Shown here piece after piece: positions 12,735-26,185 of a stretch of 64,000 nt of DNA. The notes beneath the pieces were generated by a model. The model had not been told where the DNA came from. It saw only the letters and a program-made list of their open reading frames with translations, and ran no database searches. Position 1 is the first letter of the stretch; the number at the start of each line of letters is the position of its first letter. A program made the translations under genes and the position numbers. Source of the DNA: Squalus acanthias (lineage: Eukaryota); the NCBI GenBank assembly GCA_030390025.1, contig CM059431.1:97528001-97592000 (forward strand). The letters are read 5' to 3'.

Positions 12735-13875
12735 ATGAATGACCAGTTAAACTGTTTTAGTGAAGTTGGTTGACGGATAAATATTGGACCCAGGACACAG
12801 GACCCAGGACCTGCTCTTCTTCCAATAGTGCCATGGGATTGTTTACATCCACCTGAGAGGACAGACGGGGCCTTGGTTTAACGTCTCATCCGAAAGACGG
12901 CACCTCCGACAGTGCAGCACTCCCTCAGTACTGCCCCTCCAACAGTGCAGCACTCCCTCAGTACTGCCCCTCCGACAGTGCGGCGCACCCTCAGTACTGC
13001 CCTCCGACAGTGCGGCGCTCCCTCAGTACTGCCCCTCCTACAGTGCAGCGCTCCCTCAGTACTGCCCCTCCGACAGTGCGGCGCTCCCTCAGTACTGCCC
13101 CTCCGACAGTGCGGCGCTCCCTCAGTACTGCCCCTCCGACAGTGCGGCGCTCCCTCAGTACAGCCCTCCGACAGTGTGGCGCTCCCTCAGTACTGCCCCT
13201 CCGACAGTGCGGCGCTCCCTCAGTACTGCCCCTCCGACAGTGCGGCGCTCCCTCAGTACTGCTCCTCCGACAGTACTGCTCCTCTGACAGTGCAGCACTC
13301 CCTCAGTACTGCCCCTCCGACAGTGCGGTGCTCCCTCAGTACGGCCCCTCCGACAGTGCGGTGCTCCCTCAGTACTGCCCCTCCGACAGTGCAGCGCTCC
13401 CTCAGTACTGCCCCTCCGACAGTGCGGCGCTCCCTCAGTACTGCCCCTCCGACAGTGCTGCGCTCCCTCAGTACGGCCCCTCCAACAGTGCGGCGCTCCC
13501 TCAGTACTGACCCTCCGACAGTGCGGCGCTCCCTCAGTACGGCCCCTCCGACAGTGCGGCGCTCCCTCAGTACGGCCCCTCCGACAGTGCGGCGCTCCCT
13601 CAGTACTGCCCCTCCGACAGTGCAGCGCTCCCTCAGTACGGCCCCTCCGACAGTGCGGCGCTCCCTCAGTACTGCCCCTCCGACAGTGCTGCGCTCCCTC
13701 AGTACAGCCCCTCCGACAGTGCGGCGCTCCCTCAGCACTGCCCCTCCGACAGTGCGGCGCTCCCTCAGTACGGCACTGGGAGTGTCAGCCTAGATTTTGT
13801 GCTCAAGTCTCTGGAGTGGGACTTGAACCCATGACCTCCTGACTCACAGGTGAGAGTGCTACACACTGAGCCGTT
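12735..13875 (-). mobile_element. DeuSINE copy with a 33-bp minisatellite (~12903-13775, ~26 units); a short + strand DeuSINE piece precedes it at ~12590-12725
   Basis: Same SINE body and head (gggacttgaaccc...cactgagcc); array at the same site. Confidence 0.8.
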
Positions 13876-14120
13876 ACTGACACTAACTCAGCCTTGACAT
13901 TTAAGACACAGCAGACACGGCAAAAGATACTGGCAGAAAATTGTGGTGAGTGTGAGCCTGATCTCCTGATACGCTGTCTCAGCAGTAGTGCGATGTTAGG
14001 GTCACTGCCAGGCACGTGGGGTCACTGGGGGTCACTGCAGACCTTCCCTCCACCAACCTCCAGTTAAAATCAGGCGTGAATTTCTGCAGAAGCTGAGCTG
14101 ATGTTTCATTGTCTGGGAAA

Positions 14121-14137
14121 CAGCGCCACCAAGTGGC
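14121..14137 (-). promoter_or_regulatory. CTCF-like motif GCCACTTGGTGGCGCTG
   Basis: One mismatch to the CCASYAGRKGGCRS consensus, in non-repeat DNA. Confidence 0.4.
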
Positions 14138-14316
14138 ATCACAGGCACAACTGCAACAGGCGCCCAGGGCAGAATCTGGCTGTAAAATATCGGACACCAC
14201 GCAACACTCATTTCAGTTTTGTGAAGGCCAGTGGAACGATTTGAAGGAACCAGTTGCCCATAAATATTGTTACTTCTGTAAGTGCCATGTTTGGAAAAAA
14301 AAGGTGTACAATTCGT

Positions 14317-14650
14317 TACCCTATCTCTGTAACCTCCTCCAGCCCCACAACCCTCCGAGATCTCTGCACTCCTCCAATTCTGCCCTCCTGAGCATCCCCA
14401 GTTTTAATCGCTCCACCATTGGTGGCCGTGCCTTCAGCTGCTTGGGCCCTAAGCTCTGGAATTCCCTCCCAAAACTTCTCTACCTCTCCCTCCTCCTCTA
14501 AGACGCTACTTAAAACCTGCCTCTTTCCCACCTGTCCTAATATCTCCTTCTTTGACTCAGTGTCAAATTTTGTCTGATAATCGCTCCGGTGAAGCACCTT
14601 GTATTGTTTTACTATGTTAAAGGCGCTGTATCAATACGAGTTGTTGTGTT
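14317..14650 (+). mobile_element. L2 LINE 3' fragment
   Basis: IGGRAFSCLGPKLWNSLP and tail aaaggcgctgtatcaatacgagttgttg. Confidence 0.85.
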
Positions 14651-14726
14651 GTTTAGTTTTGTGGCGGCAGCAGTCAGGGCACCACTAACTGGGGGTGTCT
14701 CACGAGTCGCTCCACAGGCTCCATTT

Positions 14727-14960
14727 AAGAACATAAGACATAGGAGCAGGAGTCGGCCATTCGGCCCCTCGAGCCTGCTCCGCCATTCGGCCCCTCGAGC
14801 CTGCTCCGCCATTCAATAAGATCATGGCTGATCTGATCTTGGCCTCAACTCCACTTCCCTGCCCGCTCCCCATAACCCTTGCCTCCCTTATCGTTCAAAA
14901 ATCTGTCTATCTCCACCTTCAATATAATCAATGACCCAGCCTCCACAGCTCTCTGGGGCA
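14727..14960 (-). mobile_element. CR1 3' end with a small tandem duplication (ccattcggcccctcgagcctgctccg x2)
   Basis: aagaacataaga tail and conserved CR1 3'UTR. Confidence 0.85.
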
Positions 14961-15234
14961 AAGAGCTTTCACCAGGGAGACGGTGCCCGCCTTGTGCCAT
15001 CTGTTGCAATCTGACCTGGAGACAACTTCAACCACGGGACGACACTGACGGTAACTGTACACCTGAACTTTTATACCGCAGACCCATTCCAAGTGACCAC
15101 AGAGAGCATCAGCCATCCATAGTGTGCAGATACACCAAGCCGTTTCACGGATGTCTTGTTTGCCAATACAAGTATCTCCATCAGTTTACAATGGAAAACT
15201 AGCAGAAGAATCATAGAATCTTAGAGCACAAATA

Positions 15235-15480
15235 GTAAGGCGTGTTGATAGAGTGACTGGGGAGACTGTTTCCACTGGTTGGGGAATCAGTGATGAGGGG
15301 TCGTTAATTTAAAATGATCACATGAGCGTGAGGAGAGAGGTGAGGAGAGGCTTCTGCACATTGCCCATTGATGGAGCAGCAAATGTGTCACCACAGGGAG
15401 TGGATGAGGCAGCGACCAAAGCATCCTTTCAGGGAAAATTTGAAGCAGAGAAATATACAGGGCTATGGGGAGAGTGCAGG
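15235..15480 (+). mobile_element. Old degenerate CR1 ORF2 C-terminal region running directly into the 49-bp satellite
   Basis: gagactgtttccactggttggggaatc (LFPLVGES), gaggagagaggtgaggagagg (RREVRR), then atacagggctatggggagag (IQGYGE). Confidence 0.7.
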
Positions 15481-18400
15481 GCTCTGGGATTAGATTGGGA
15501 TTGATACTGGGCTATGGGGAGAGAGCGGGGCAGTGGGATTATTTTGGGATTGATACAGGGCTATGGGGAGAGAGCGGGGCAGTGGGATTAGTTTGGGATT
15601 AATACAGGGCTATGGGGAGAGTGCAGGGCACTGGGATTAGATTGGGATTGATACTGGGCTATGGGGAGAGAGCGGGGCAGTGGGATTATTTTGGGATTGA
15701 TACAGGGCTATGGGGAGAGAGCGGGGCAGTGGGATTATTTTGGGATTAATACAGGGCTATGGGGAGGGGGCGTGGCAGTGGGATTAGTTTGGGATTGGTT
15801 CGGGGCTATGGGGAGGGAGCGGGGCAGTGGGATTAGTTTGAGATTGATACAGGGCTATCGGGAGAGCGCGGGGCAGTGGGATTAGTTTGGGATTGATACA
15901 GCGCTCTGGGGAGAAAGTGGGGCATTGGGATTAGTTTGGGATTGATACAGGGCTATGGGGAGAATGGGGAAGGGGGATTAGTTTGGGATTGATATAGGGC
16001 TATGGGGAGAGAGCAGGGCAGTGGGATTAGTTTGGGATAGATACAGGGCTATGGGGAGAGAGCGGGACATTGGGATTAGTTTGGGATTGATTCAGGACTA
16101 TGGGGAGAGCGCGGGGCTGTGGGATTAGTTTGGATTGATACAGGGCTATGGGGAGAGAGCGGGGCAGTGGGATTAGTTTGGGATTGATAAAGGGCTATGG
16201 GGAGAGAGCAGGGCAGTGGGATTAGTTTGGGATTGATACACGGGTCTGGGGAGAGAGTGAGGCAGTGGGATTAGTTTGGGATTGATACAAGGCTCTGGGG
16301 AGAGAGCGGGGCAGTGGGATTAGTTTGGGATTGATACAGGGCTCTGGGGAGAGAGCGAGGCAGTGGGATTAGTTTGGGATTGATACAGGGCTATGGGGAG
16401 AGGGCGGAGCAGTGGGATTAGTTTGGGATTAATACAGGGCTATGGGGAGAGAGCGGGGCAGTGGGATTAATTTGGGATTGATTCAGGACTGTTGGGAGAG
16501 AGTGGGACAGTGGGATTAGTTTAAGATTGATACAGGGCTCTGGGGCGAGAGTGGGACAGTGGGATTAGATTAGGATTGATACAGGTCTATGGGGAGAGAG
16601 CAGTGCAGTGGGATTAGTTTGGGATTGATCCAGGGCTATGGGGAGAGAGCAAGGCAGTGGGATTCATTTGAGATTGAGACAGGGCTATGGGGAGAGAGCG
16701 GGGCAGTGGCATTAGTTTGGGATTGGTACAGGGCTATGGGGAATGAGCGAGGCAGTGGGATTAGTTTGGGTTTGATACAGGGCTATGGGGAATGAGCGGG
16801 GCAGTGGGATTTGTTTGGGTTTGATACAGGGCTATGGGGAATGAGCGGGGCAGTGGCATTAGTTTGGGATTGATTCAGGGCTATGGGCAGAGAGCAGGGA
16901 AGTGGGATTAGTTTGTGATTGCTACAGGGCTATGGGGGGAGAGAGGGGCAGTGGGATTAGTTTGTGATTGATACAGGGCTATGGGGAGAGAGCGGGGCAG
17001 TGGGATTAGTTTGTGATTGATACAGGGCTATGGGGGGAGAGCGGGGCAGTGGGATTAGTTTGGGATTGATACACGGCTCTGGGGAGAGAGTGAGGCAGTG
17101 GGATTAGTTTGGGATTGATACTGGGCTCTGGGAAGAGAGTGGGGCAGTGGGATTAGTTTGGGATTGATAAGGGCTCTGGGAAGAGAGTGGGGCAGTGGGA
17201 TTAGTTTGGGATTGATACAGGGCTCTGAGGAGAGAGCGGGGCAGTGGGATTAGTTTGGGATTGATACAGGGCTCTGGGGAGGGAGCGGGGCAGTGGGATT
17301 AGTATGGGTTTGATACAGGGCTAGGGGAGAGATCGGGGCAGTGGGATTAGTTTGGGATTGATACAGGGTTATGGGGAGAGAGTGGGGCAGTGGGATTAGT
17401 TTGGGGTTGATACAGGGCTATGGGGAGAGAGCGGGGCAGTGGGATTAGTTTGGGATTGATACAGGGCTCTGGGGAGGGAGCGGGGCAGTGGGATTAGTAT
17501 GGGTTTGATACAGGGCTAGGGGAGAGATCGGGGCAGTGGGATTAGTTTGGGATTGATACAGGGCTATGGGGAGAGAGTGGGGCAGTGGGATTAGTTTGGG
17601 GTTGATACAGGGCTATGGGGAGAATGGGGAAGGGGGATTAGTTTGGGATTGATATAGGGCTATGGGGAGAGAGCAGGGCAGTGGGATTAGTTTGGGATAG
17701 ATACAGGGCTATGGGGAGAGAGCGGGACATTGGGATTAGTTTGGGATTGATACAGGGCTATGGGGAGAGCGCGGGTCAGTGGGATTAGTTTGGGATTGAT
17801 TCAGGACTATGGGGAGAGCGCGGGGCTGTGGGATTAGATTGGATTGATACAGGGCTATGGGGAGAGAGCGGGGCAGTGTGATTAGTTTGGGATTGATACA
17901 GGGCTATGGGGAGAGAGCAGGGCAGTGGGATTAGTTTGGGATTGATACACGGGTCTGGGGAGAGAGTGAGGCAGTGGGATTAGTTTGGGATTGATACAAG
18001 GCTCTGGGTAGAGAGCGGGGCAGTGGGATTAGTTTGGGATTCATAAGGGCTCTGCGAAGAGAGTGGGGCAGTGGGATTAGTTTGGGATTGATACAGAGCT
18101 CTGGGGAGAGAGCGGGGCAGTGGGATTAGTTTGGGATTGATACAGGGCTATGGAGAGAGAGCGGGGCAGTGGGATTAGTTTGGGTTTGATACAGGGCTAT
18201 GGAGAGAGCAGGGCAGTGGGATTAGTTTGGGATTGATACAGGGCTATGGGGAGAGGGCGGAGCAGTGGGATTAGTTTGGGATTGATTCAGGACTGTTGGG
18301 AGAGAGTGGGACAGTGGGATTAGTTTAAGTTTGATACAGGGCTCTGGGGCGAGAGTGGGACAGTGGGATTAGATTAGGATTGATACAGGTCTATGGGGAG

Positions 18401-19702
18401 AGAGCAGTGCAGTGGGATTAGTTTGGGATTGATCCAGCGCTATGGGGAGAGAGCGAGGCAGTGGGATTAGTTTGGGATTGATCCAGGGCTATGGGGAGAG
18501 AGCAAGGCAGTGGGATTCATTTGAGATTGAGACAGGGCTATGGGGAGAGAGCGGGGCAGTGGCATTAGTTTGGGATTGGTACAGGGCTATGGGGAATGAG
18601 CGTGGCAGTGGGATTAGTTTGGGTTTGATACAGGGCTATGGGGAATGAGCGGGGCAGTGGCATTAGTTTGGGATTGATTCAGGGCTATGGGCAGAGAGCA
18701 GGGAAGTGGGATTAGTTTGTGATTGCTACAGGGCTATGGGGGGAGAGAGGGGCAGTGGGATTAGTTTGTGATTGATACAGGGCTATGGGGAGAGAGCGGG
18801 GCAGTGGCATTAGTTTGGGATTGGTAAAGGGCTATGGGGAGAGAGCAGGGAAGTGGGATTAGTTTGTGATTGATACAGGGCTATGGGGGGAGAGCGGGGC
18901 AGTGGGATTAGTTTGGGATTGATACACGGCTCTGGGGAGAGAGTGAGGCAGTGGGATTAGTTTGGGATTGATACTGGGCTCTGGGAAGAGAGTGGGGCAG
19001 TGGGATTAGTTTTCGATTGATAAGGGCTCTGGGAAGAGAGTGCGGCAGTGGGATTAGTTTGGGATTGATACTGGGCTCTGGGAAGAGAGTGGGGCAGTGG
19101 GATTAGTTTGGGATTGATAAGGGCTCTGGGAAGAGAGTGCGGCAGTGGGATTAGTTTGGGATTGATACAGGGCTCTGGGGAGAGAGCGGGGCAGTGGGAT
19201 TAGTTTGGGATTGATACAGGGCTCTGGGGAGGGAGCGGGGCAGTGGGATTAGTATGGGTTTGATACAGGGCTATGGAGAAAGTGGGGAAGTGGGATTAGT
19301 TTTGGATTGATACAGGGCTATGGGGAGAGAGCGGGTCAGTGGGAGTAGTTTGGGATTGATTCAGGACTATGGGGAGAGGGCGTGGCAGTGAAATTAGTTT
19401 GGGATTGATACAGGGCTCTGGGGAGGGAGCGGGGCAGTGGGATTAGTTTGGGATTGATACAGGGCTATCGGGAGAGCGCGGGGCAGTGGAATTAGTTTGG
19501 GATTGATGCAGGGCTATCGGGAGAGCACAGGGCAGTGGGATTAGTTTGGGATTGAAACAGCGCTCTGGGGAGAGAGTGGGGCATTGGGATTAGTTTGGGA
19601 TTGATACAGGGCTATGGGGAGAGTGGGGAAGTGGGATTAGTTTGGGTTTAATACAGGGCTATGGGGAGAGAGCAGGGCAGTGGGATTAGTTTGGGATAGA
19701 TA
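15455..19702 (+). repeat. 49-bp G-rich satellite (gggattagtttgggattgatacagggctatggggagagagcggggcagt)n, left block, ~87 units
   Basis: Direct tandem repeats with recurring variant units. Confidence 0.97.
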
Positions 19703-21536
19703 AGAACATAAGAACAGAAGAAACAGGAGCAGGAGTAGGCCAATTGGCCCCTCGAGCCTGCTCCGCCATTCAATAAGATCATGGCTGATCTGATCCTAAA
19801 CGCCAATCTACTATCACAGAACCATCTCCTGAACCTAACAGAATTGGACACATGAAATAGGAGCAGGATCAGGCTACACGGCCCCTGGGCCCGCTGCGCT
19901 ACCCACAGGGCCATGACCGATCCGAACCTAGACTCATGTCCAAATTCCTGCCCGCTCCCCATAACCCTTAATTCCCTTTACTTCTAGGAAACTGTCTATT
20001 TCTGTTTTAAATTTATTTAATGATGTAGCTTCTACAGCTTTTTGGGGCAGCATATTCCATGGACCTACCACCCTCTGAGTGAAGTAGTTCCTTCTCATCT
20101 CAGTTTTGAAAGAGCAGCCCCTTATTCTAAGACTATGTCCCCTTGTTCTAGGTTCACCCATCATCGGGAACATCCTCCCCGCATCCACCCGATCCAACCC
20201 CTTCACAATCTTATATGTTTCAATAAGATCGCCTCTCATTCTTCTGAACTCCAATGAGTAGAGTCCCAATCTACCCAACCTCTTCTCATATGTCCATCCC
20301 CTCATCCCCGGGATTAACCGAGTGAACCTTCTTTGTACTGACTCGAGAGCAAGTATGTCTTTTCTTAAGTATGGACACCAAAACTGTATGCAGTATTCCA
20401 GGTGCGGTCTCACCAATACCCTATACAACTGAAGCAATACCTCCCTATTTTTATATTCTATCCCCCTAACAATGAAAGCCAACATTCCATTGGCCTTCTT
20501 AATCACTTGCTGCACCTGCATACTAACCTTTTGAGTTTCGTGCACCAGGACCCCCAGATCCCTTTGTACTTCAGTACTTTCCAATTTCTTGCCATTAAGA
20601 TAATAACTTGCTCTACTATTTTTCCTGCCAAAGTGCATAACCTCACACTTTCCAGTATTGTATTCCATCTGCCAAATCTCTGCCCACTTACTTAGCCTGT
20701 CTATGTCCCCTTGCAGATTTTTTATGTCCTCCTCACTCACTACTTTCCCTCCCATCTTAGTATCATCTGGAAACTTTGATATGTTACACTCGGTCTCCTC
20801 CTCCAAATCGTTAATATAGATTGTAAAGAGTTGGGGACCCAGCACTGACCCCTGCGGAACACCACTAGTTACTGATTGCCAGTCTGAGAATGAACCATTT
20901 ATCCCAACTCTCTGCCTTCTGTTAGATAGCCAATCCTCTATCCATGCCAGAATATTACCCCCAATCCCGTGATTTTTTATCTTAAGCAATAATCTTTTGT
21001 GTGGCACCTTGTCAAATGCCTTTTGGAAGTCTAAATACACCACATCCACTGGTTCCCCTTTATCCACCCTATATGTTACTTCCTCAAAGAACTCCAGCAA
21101 ATTTGTCAAACATGACTTCCCCTTCATAAAACCATGCTGACTTTGTCCTATTAAATTATGATTATCCAAATGTCCCGTTACTGTGTCCTTAATAATGGAC
21201 TCCAAAATTTTACCTACCACAGATGTTAGGCTAACCGCTCTATAGTTTCCAGCATTCTGTCTACTGCCCTTTTTAAATAAGGGTGTTACATTAGCAGTTT
21301 TCCAGTCTGCCGGGATCTTTGCTGAGTCCAGGGAGTTTTGGAAAATTATTACCAATGCATCCACAATCCCTACCGCCACTTCCCTCAAGACCCTAGGATG
21401 TAAGCCATCAGGTCCAGGTGATTTATCCGCCTTGAGTCCCATTATTTTACCGAGTACCACTTCCTTAGTGATTTTGATCGTGTTTAGTTCCTCCCCCCCT
21501 ATAGCCCTCTGTTTGTCCAGTGTTGGGATATTCTTA

Positions 21537-22309
21537 GGGGTAAAAATTGAGTCGCGCCCCATTTGGGGCGCTAACCTCGCCGGGGCGCGACTTTTAGCGC
21601 CCCAAAAAAATTAGCGGCCCCGCGCCGGAACTTCAGTGGTTGCGCCCCAAGAGGGAAGCGGGGCGCCACTGGAAGCACCCCACATCCCTCTTGGGGCGCT
21701 GCGAGTGAATATCCTGGCGCTACGTGCCGCAGCGCCACGCGCTGCGGCACGTCGCGCCGCGGTATTGCAGGCCTTCCTCCCCTTCTTAAAGGGGAGGGAC
21801 CCTGCGCAGCGCGAACCGGGGCCCAGCTGGGCCCCCAGGGATCGGGAGTGCCGGCAAAAGAGCCCGGCACTCAAGAGAAGTGCCGGGCTCTTGGAGCGCA
21901 GCCGGCACTTCACGGTGGGGGGGCTTCACGGGGGCCGGGGACAGCAACGGGGGCAGGTGCTGGCAGGCGGCCAGCAACAAAAATGGCCGCCTGCCACCTC
22001 CCCTTTAAATATCGCCGCCCCGGCCGCACGTACGCCTCCCTGAACCCGTCGGACATAGCGTCTGGCGGTAAATCAGGGGGCGCGACTGAAGATCACGGCC
22101 GGGGCGCAAGCGGGGTGCTGCGCACGGCGATGACGTCATCGCCGGCGGCGCAGCGCCACAGGGCGCTACCGGCTGCCACCGCCGCTAACCTCCCACTAAA
22201 TTTTTCGGGAGGCGTGGGCGGCGCTGCGCCCGGGCGTTAGCTGCTTTACGCCCCATTAGCGCCCTCTTAAGGCGCTAACGGCAGGCGCAAGCAGCTGAAT
22301 TTTTCCCCC
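21537..22309. mobile_element. PIF/Harbinger-type MITE with TTA target-site duplication
   Basis: TTA-GGGGTAAAAATT...AATTTTTCCCCC-TTA; removing it restores the CR1 peptide VEDTKNIPT. Confidence 0.85.
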
Positions 22310-22609
22310 TTAGTGTCCTCTACTGTAAAGACTGATACAAAATATTCATTCAGTGTATTTGCCATCTCCATATTTCCCACCATTAATTTCCCGGTCTCAT
22401 CCTCTAAGGGACCAACATTTACTTTAGCTACCCTTTTTCTTTTTATATAACTATAAAAACTCTTACTATCTGTTTTTATATTTTTTGCTAATTTACTTTC
22501 ATAATCTATCTTCCCTTTCTTAATCAATCTTTTTGTTATTTTTTGCTGTCTTTTAAAGTTTTCCCAATCCTCTATCCTCCCACTAGATTTGGCTACCTTA
22601 AAAGCCCTT

Positions 22610-23502
22610 GGGGGAGAAATTCAGTATCGCCCCATTTGGGGTGCAATTATCGGCCGGGCGCAAAGATTAGCGCCTGGCGCTAATTATCGCCACCGACTGC
22701 AAACTTGACTTTTATTGACCCTGGAGGTGATTGGAGCGCTAAATCAGGCGCTTCACACCTGTCTTAAGGCGCAAAGGCCGAGGAGCGAGGCGCTACCTCA
22801 GAGCACTGGCGAAGCTCATGTGATGTCAGTCAGCAATGGAACACACACACAATGGCACGGGCCAGTTCTTAAAGGGGATGGATAATCTTGCTTTCCATCC
22901 ACATCCTGCTCATTGCAGCCTTGAATCTCGGCCTGGAGAGACCTGCACATCAAATCTGCTGGAAAGAACAATGGAGAGTACGAGGCAAAGAGCTCAGAGT
23001 GCAGCCCCCACAGTCTCTTCTAAATCGATACAAGGAATGGCAAATCAAAATGAACCTGCAAAGTGCTGCTCAGTACCCAAAATTCCTTCAGACAACGTTG
23101 AATCTCTCCAGAAGTCTCTCTCTCTCTCTCTCAGAATGCGTAGTTCAAAAATGGCACCAACAATAAAAGGCAGGAAGCGGTCACCTTTAAATAGCACTCC
23201 CCCTTTCCCTTCATGACTGCAGAACGCTCCCCTCAACCTGTCGTTGCTAGCATCAGGCGGTAAGGCAGGGGGCGCCACTCAATATCCGCTCCGGGGCGAT
23301 ACCGGGGCGTTGCGCACTCGACTGACGTCACGATCTGCCGGCGCAGGAGATCGTGGTGGTAGTGTTTAGCGCCGCCGCAAAATGTCTAGTTAATTTTGCG
23401 AGCGGCGCAAACTTCGCCGCGCCTGGGCGCTAGATGCTTTGCGCCCCATTAGTGCCCTCTTAAGGCGCTAACGGGAGGCGCAACCAACTGAATTTTTCCC
23501 CC
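22610..23502. mobile_element. PIF/Harbinger-type MITE with a 3-bp CTT duplication
   Basis: CTT-GGGGGAGAAATT...AATTTTTCCCCC-CTT; right end nearly identical to 22240-22309; removal restores RLKTRAFKVA. Confidence 0.8.
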
Positions 23503-24562
23503 CTTGTTTTTAGTCGAATACTATCCTTAATTTCTTTACTTAGCCACGGATGACTGTCTTTTCTTTTACACCCTTTTCTTCTCAGTGGAATATATTTTTT
23601 TTGGAAGTTGTAAAATAACTCCTTAAATGTACACCACTGATCATGTATCGTCTTACCCGTTAATCTATTTTCCCAATCCACTCTACTCAATTCCGCTCGC
23701 ATACCTTCATAGTCTCCTTTATTCAAGCTTAGCACGCTTGTTTGAGATCCAACCTTCCCACCCTCTAATTGAATATGGAATTCAACCATGTTATGGTCAC
23801 TCATTCCAAGGGGATCCTTTACTAGGACATTTTTAATTAATCCTATCTCGTTACACAGGACCAGATCTAAGGTTGCTTGCCCCCTGGTCGGTTCAGTTAC
23901 ATACTGCTCAAGAAACCCATCCCTAATACACTCAATGAACTCATCCTCAAGGCAGCCCTGCCCAATTTGAGTTGTCCAATTAATACGATAGTTAAAATCC
24001 CCCATAATTATAGATGTTCCCTTATTACAAGCCTCAACTATTTCCTGATTGATACTCCGTCCAACAGAGTTGCAACTGTTCGGAGGCCTATAGACTACGC
24101 CCACTAGTGTTTTTTTCCCCTTATTATTCCTTATCTCCACCCAAACTGTTTCATTATCCTGATCTTTTGACCTAATATCATTTCTCTGTATTACAGTGAT
24201 TCCTTCCTTTATTAACATAGCCACCCCACCTCCCCTTCCTTCCTGCCTGTCCTTCCTGATCGTTAAATAACCTGGTATGTTTAATTCCCAGGCATTGTCA
24301 CCCTGCAGCCATGTTTCTGTAATGGCCACAAGATCATACCCATATGTAGTTATTTGTGCCATTAACTCATCTATTTTGTTACGAATGCTACGTGCATTCA
24401 GATAGAGAACTTTCAAATATGTTTTGTGACACTTAGTTCCTGCTTTTGCCCTTTTTATTACTTTACCTTTTACTCCATACCTTCTGCCCCTTCCTGACAC
24501 ACTCTGGTTTTTAATTTCCCCGCTGCTACCTAAGTCTATGACCTTCTCTGTTGTCATTTTTA

Positions 24563-25787
24563 CGACAACCAGTTTTTTACCCAAAAACACGGAACAGCCA
24601 TGGGGACCAAATTCGCACCCCAATACGCCAACATCTTCATGCACAAGTTCGAGCAAGACTTCTTCGCTGCACAGGACCTCCAACCAACGCTGTACACCAG
24701 ATACATCGACAACATCTTCTTCCTTTGGACCCACGGCGAAGGATCACTGAAAGGACTACACGATAACATCAACAGGTTCCATCCCACCATCAAACTCACC
24801 ATGGACTACTCCTCAGAATCGGTTTCATTCTTGGACACACGAATCTCCATCAAAGACGGACACCTCAGGACTTCACTCTACCGCAAGCCCACGGACAACC
24901 TCACGATGCTCCACTTCTCCAGCTTCCACCCTAACCACGTTAAAGAAGCCATCCCCTATGGACAAGCCCTGCGAATACACAGGATCTGCTCAGACGAGGA
25001 GGAACGCGATGGACACCTACGGACGCTGAAAGACGCCCTCGTAAGAACGGGATATGACGCTCGACTCGTCGATCGACAGTTCCGACGGGCCACAGCGAAA
25101 AACCGCATAGACCTCCTCAGAAGGCGAACACGGGACACAACCAACAGAGTACCCTGCGTCGTCCAGTACTTCCCCGGAGCGGAGAAACTACGCCATGTTC
25201 TTCGCAGCCTTCAACATGTCATCGATGACGACGAACACCTTGCTAAGGCCATCCCCACGCCTCCACTACTCGCCTTCAAGCAGCCGCCTAACCTCAAAAG
25301 TACCATCGTTCGCAGCAAATTACCCAGCTGTCAGGAGAACAGCGACCACGACACCACACAACCCTGCCACGGCAACCTCTGCAAGACATGCCAGATCATC
25401 AACACAGATACCATCATCACACGTGAGGACACTACCCACCAGGTACATGGTACATACTCATGTGACTCGGCCAACGTTGTCTACCTCATACGTTGCAGGA
25501 AAGGATGCCCCGGAGCATGGTACATCGGCGAGACCATGCAGACACTGAGACAACGTATGAACGGACACCGCGCAACAATCGCCAGGCAGGATTGTTACCT
25601 CCCAGTCGGGGAACACTTCAGCAGTCAAGGACATTCAGCCTCAGATCTGCGGGTAAGCGTTCTCCAAGGCGGCCTTAGAGACACACGACAACGCAAAATC
25701 ATCGAGCAGAAACTGATAGCCAAGTTCCGCACCCATGAGGACGGCCTCAATAGGGATCTCGGGTTCCTGTCACGCTACAGAACGTGA
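24563..25787 (+). pseudogene. Penelope RT C-terminal half plus GIY-YIG endonuclease; 5'-truncated, YIDD changed to YIDN
   Basis: GTAMGTKFAP, RYIDNIF, YRKPTD, CKTC, VVYLIRC...YIGET...RMNGH, GLNRD. Confidence 0.9.
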
Positions 25788-26061
25788 AGCGACATCATTG
25801 TCTGTCTTTCCAGTTTAAAAAAAAAACACACAAAATTAAAACAACCAAAAAAAAACAACCAAAAAAAAAACTCAAAAAAAAGTTAGGAGCTCAACTGCAG
25901 ATGGCAGCATTTGACACGTTGGACCCCCTGTGACCCACCTCATTGTCTTGGCTGTGCTCTGATGTGTCTTTGATGTCGTGCCTTCCTGATGGATTGTATC
26001 TCTGTAGACAAGTCGCTCTCTGTGTATATATACTGTGTATTAGATTCCCTCACTGTACCTC

Positions 26062-26097
26062 TACCTGACAAAGGAGCAGCAGCTCCGAAAGCTCGTA
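26062..26097 (+). ncRNA. Minimal hammerhead ribozyme-like motif in the Penelope 3' end (core variant CUGACAA)
   Basis: UAC-CUGACAA-A-GGAGC-AGCA-GCUCC-GAA-AGCU-C-GUA: stem I UAC/GUA, stem II GGAGC/GCUCC, palindromic AGCU at stem III. Confidence 0.65.
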
Positions 26098-26185
26098 ATT
26101 TTAAATAAAACTGTTGGACTATAACTTGGTGTTGTGCGACTTGTCATTTTTATTATTTGCTCTCCAGGAACCTCCCCCCCACTAG

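Larger units (their letters stand above)
19934..24557 (-). pseudogene. CR1 ORF2 (APE endonuclease + reverse transcriptase) split by two MITEs
   Basis: LNARSIRNK, ITETWL, YRPPN, MGDFN, SDHN (endonuclease); QHGF, GVPQGSVLGP, FPDD (RT; FADD expected). Confidence 0.93.
24563..26140 (+). mobile_element. 5'-truncated Penelope-like retroelement with a 12-bp TSD
   Basis: TTGTCATTTTTA at 24551-24562 and 26141-26152; RT and GIY-YIG coding region; hammerhead-type 3' end. Confidence 0.93.

Noticed and set aside
1909..13775. 33-bp arrays as CRISPR arrays
   Set aside because: Units are contiguous with no unique spacers, there are no cas genes, and the context is vertebrate.
21537..23502. CpG-island promoter or GC-rich ORFs
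   Set aside because: The GC-rich stretches are bounded by TIRs and TSDs (MITEs); the same applies to 37308-38019.
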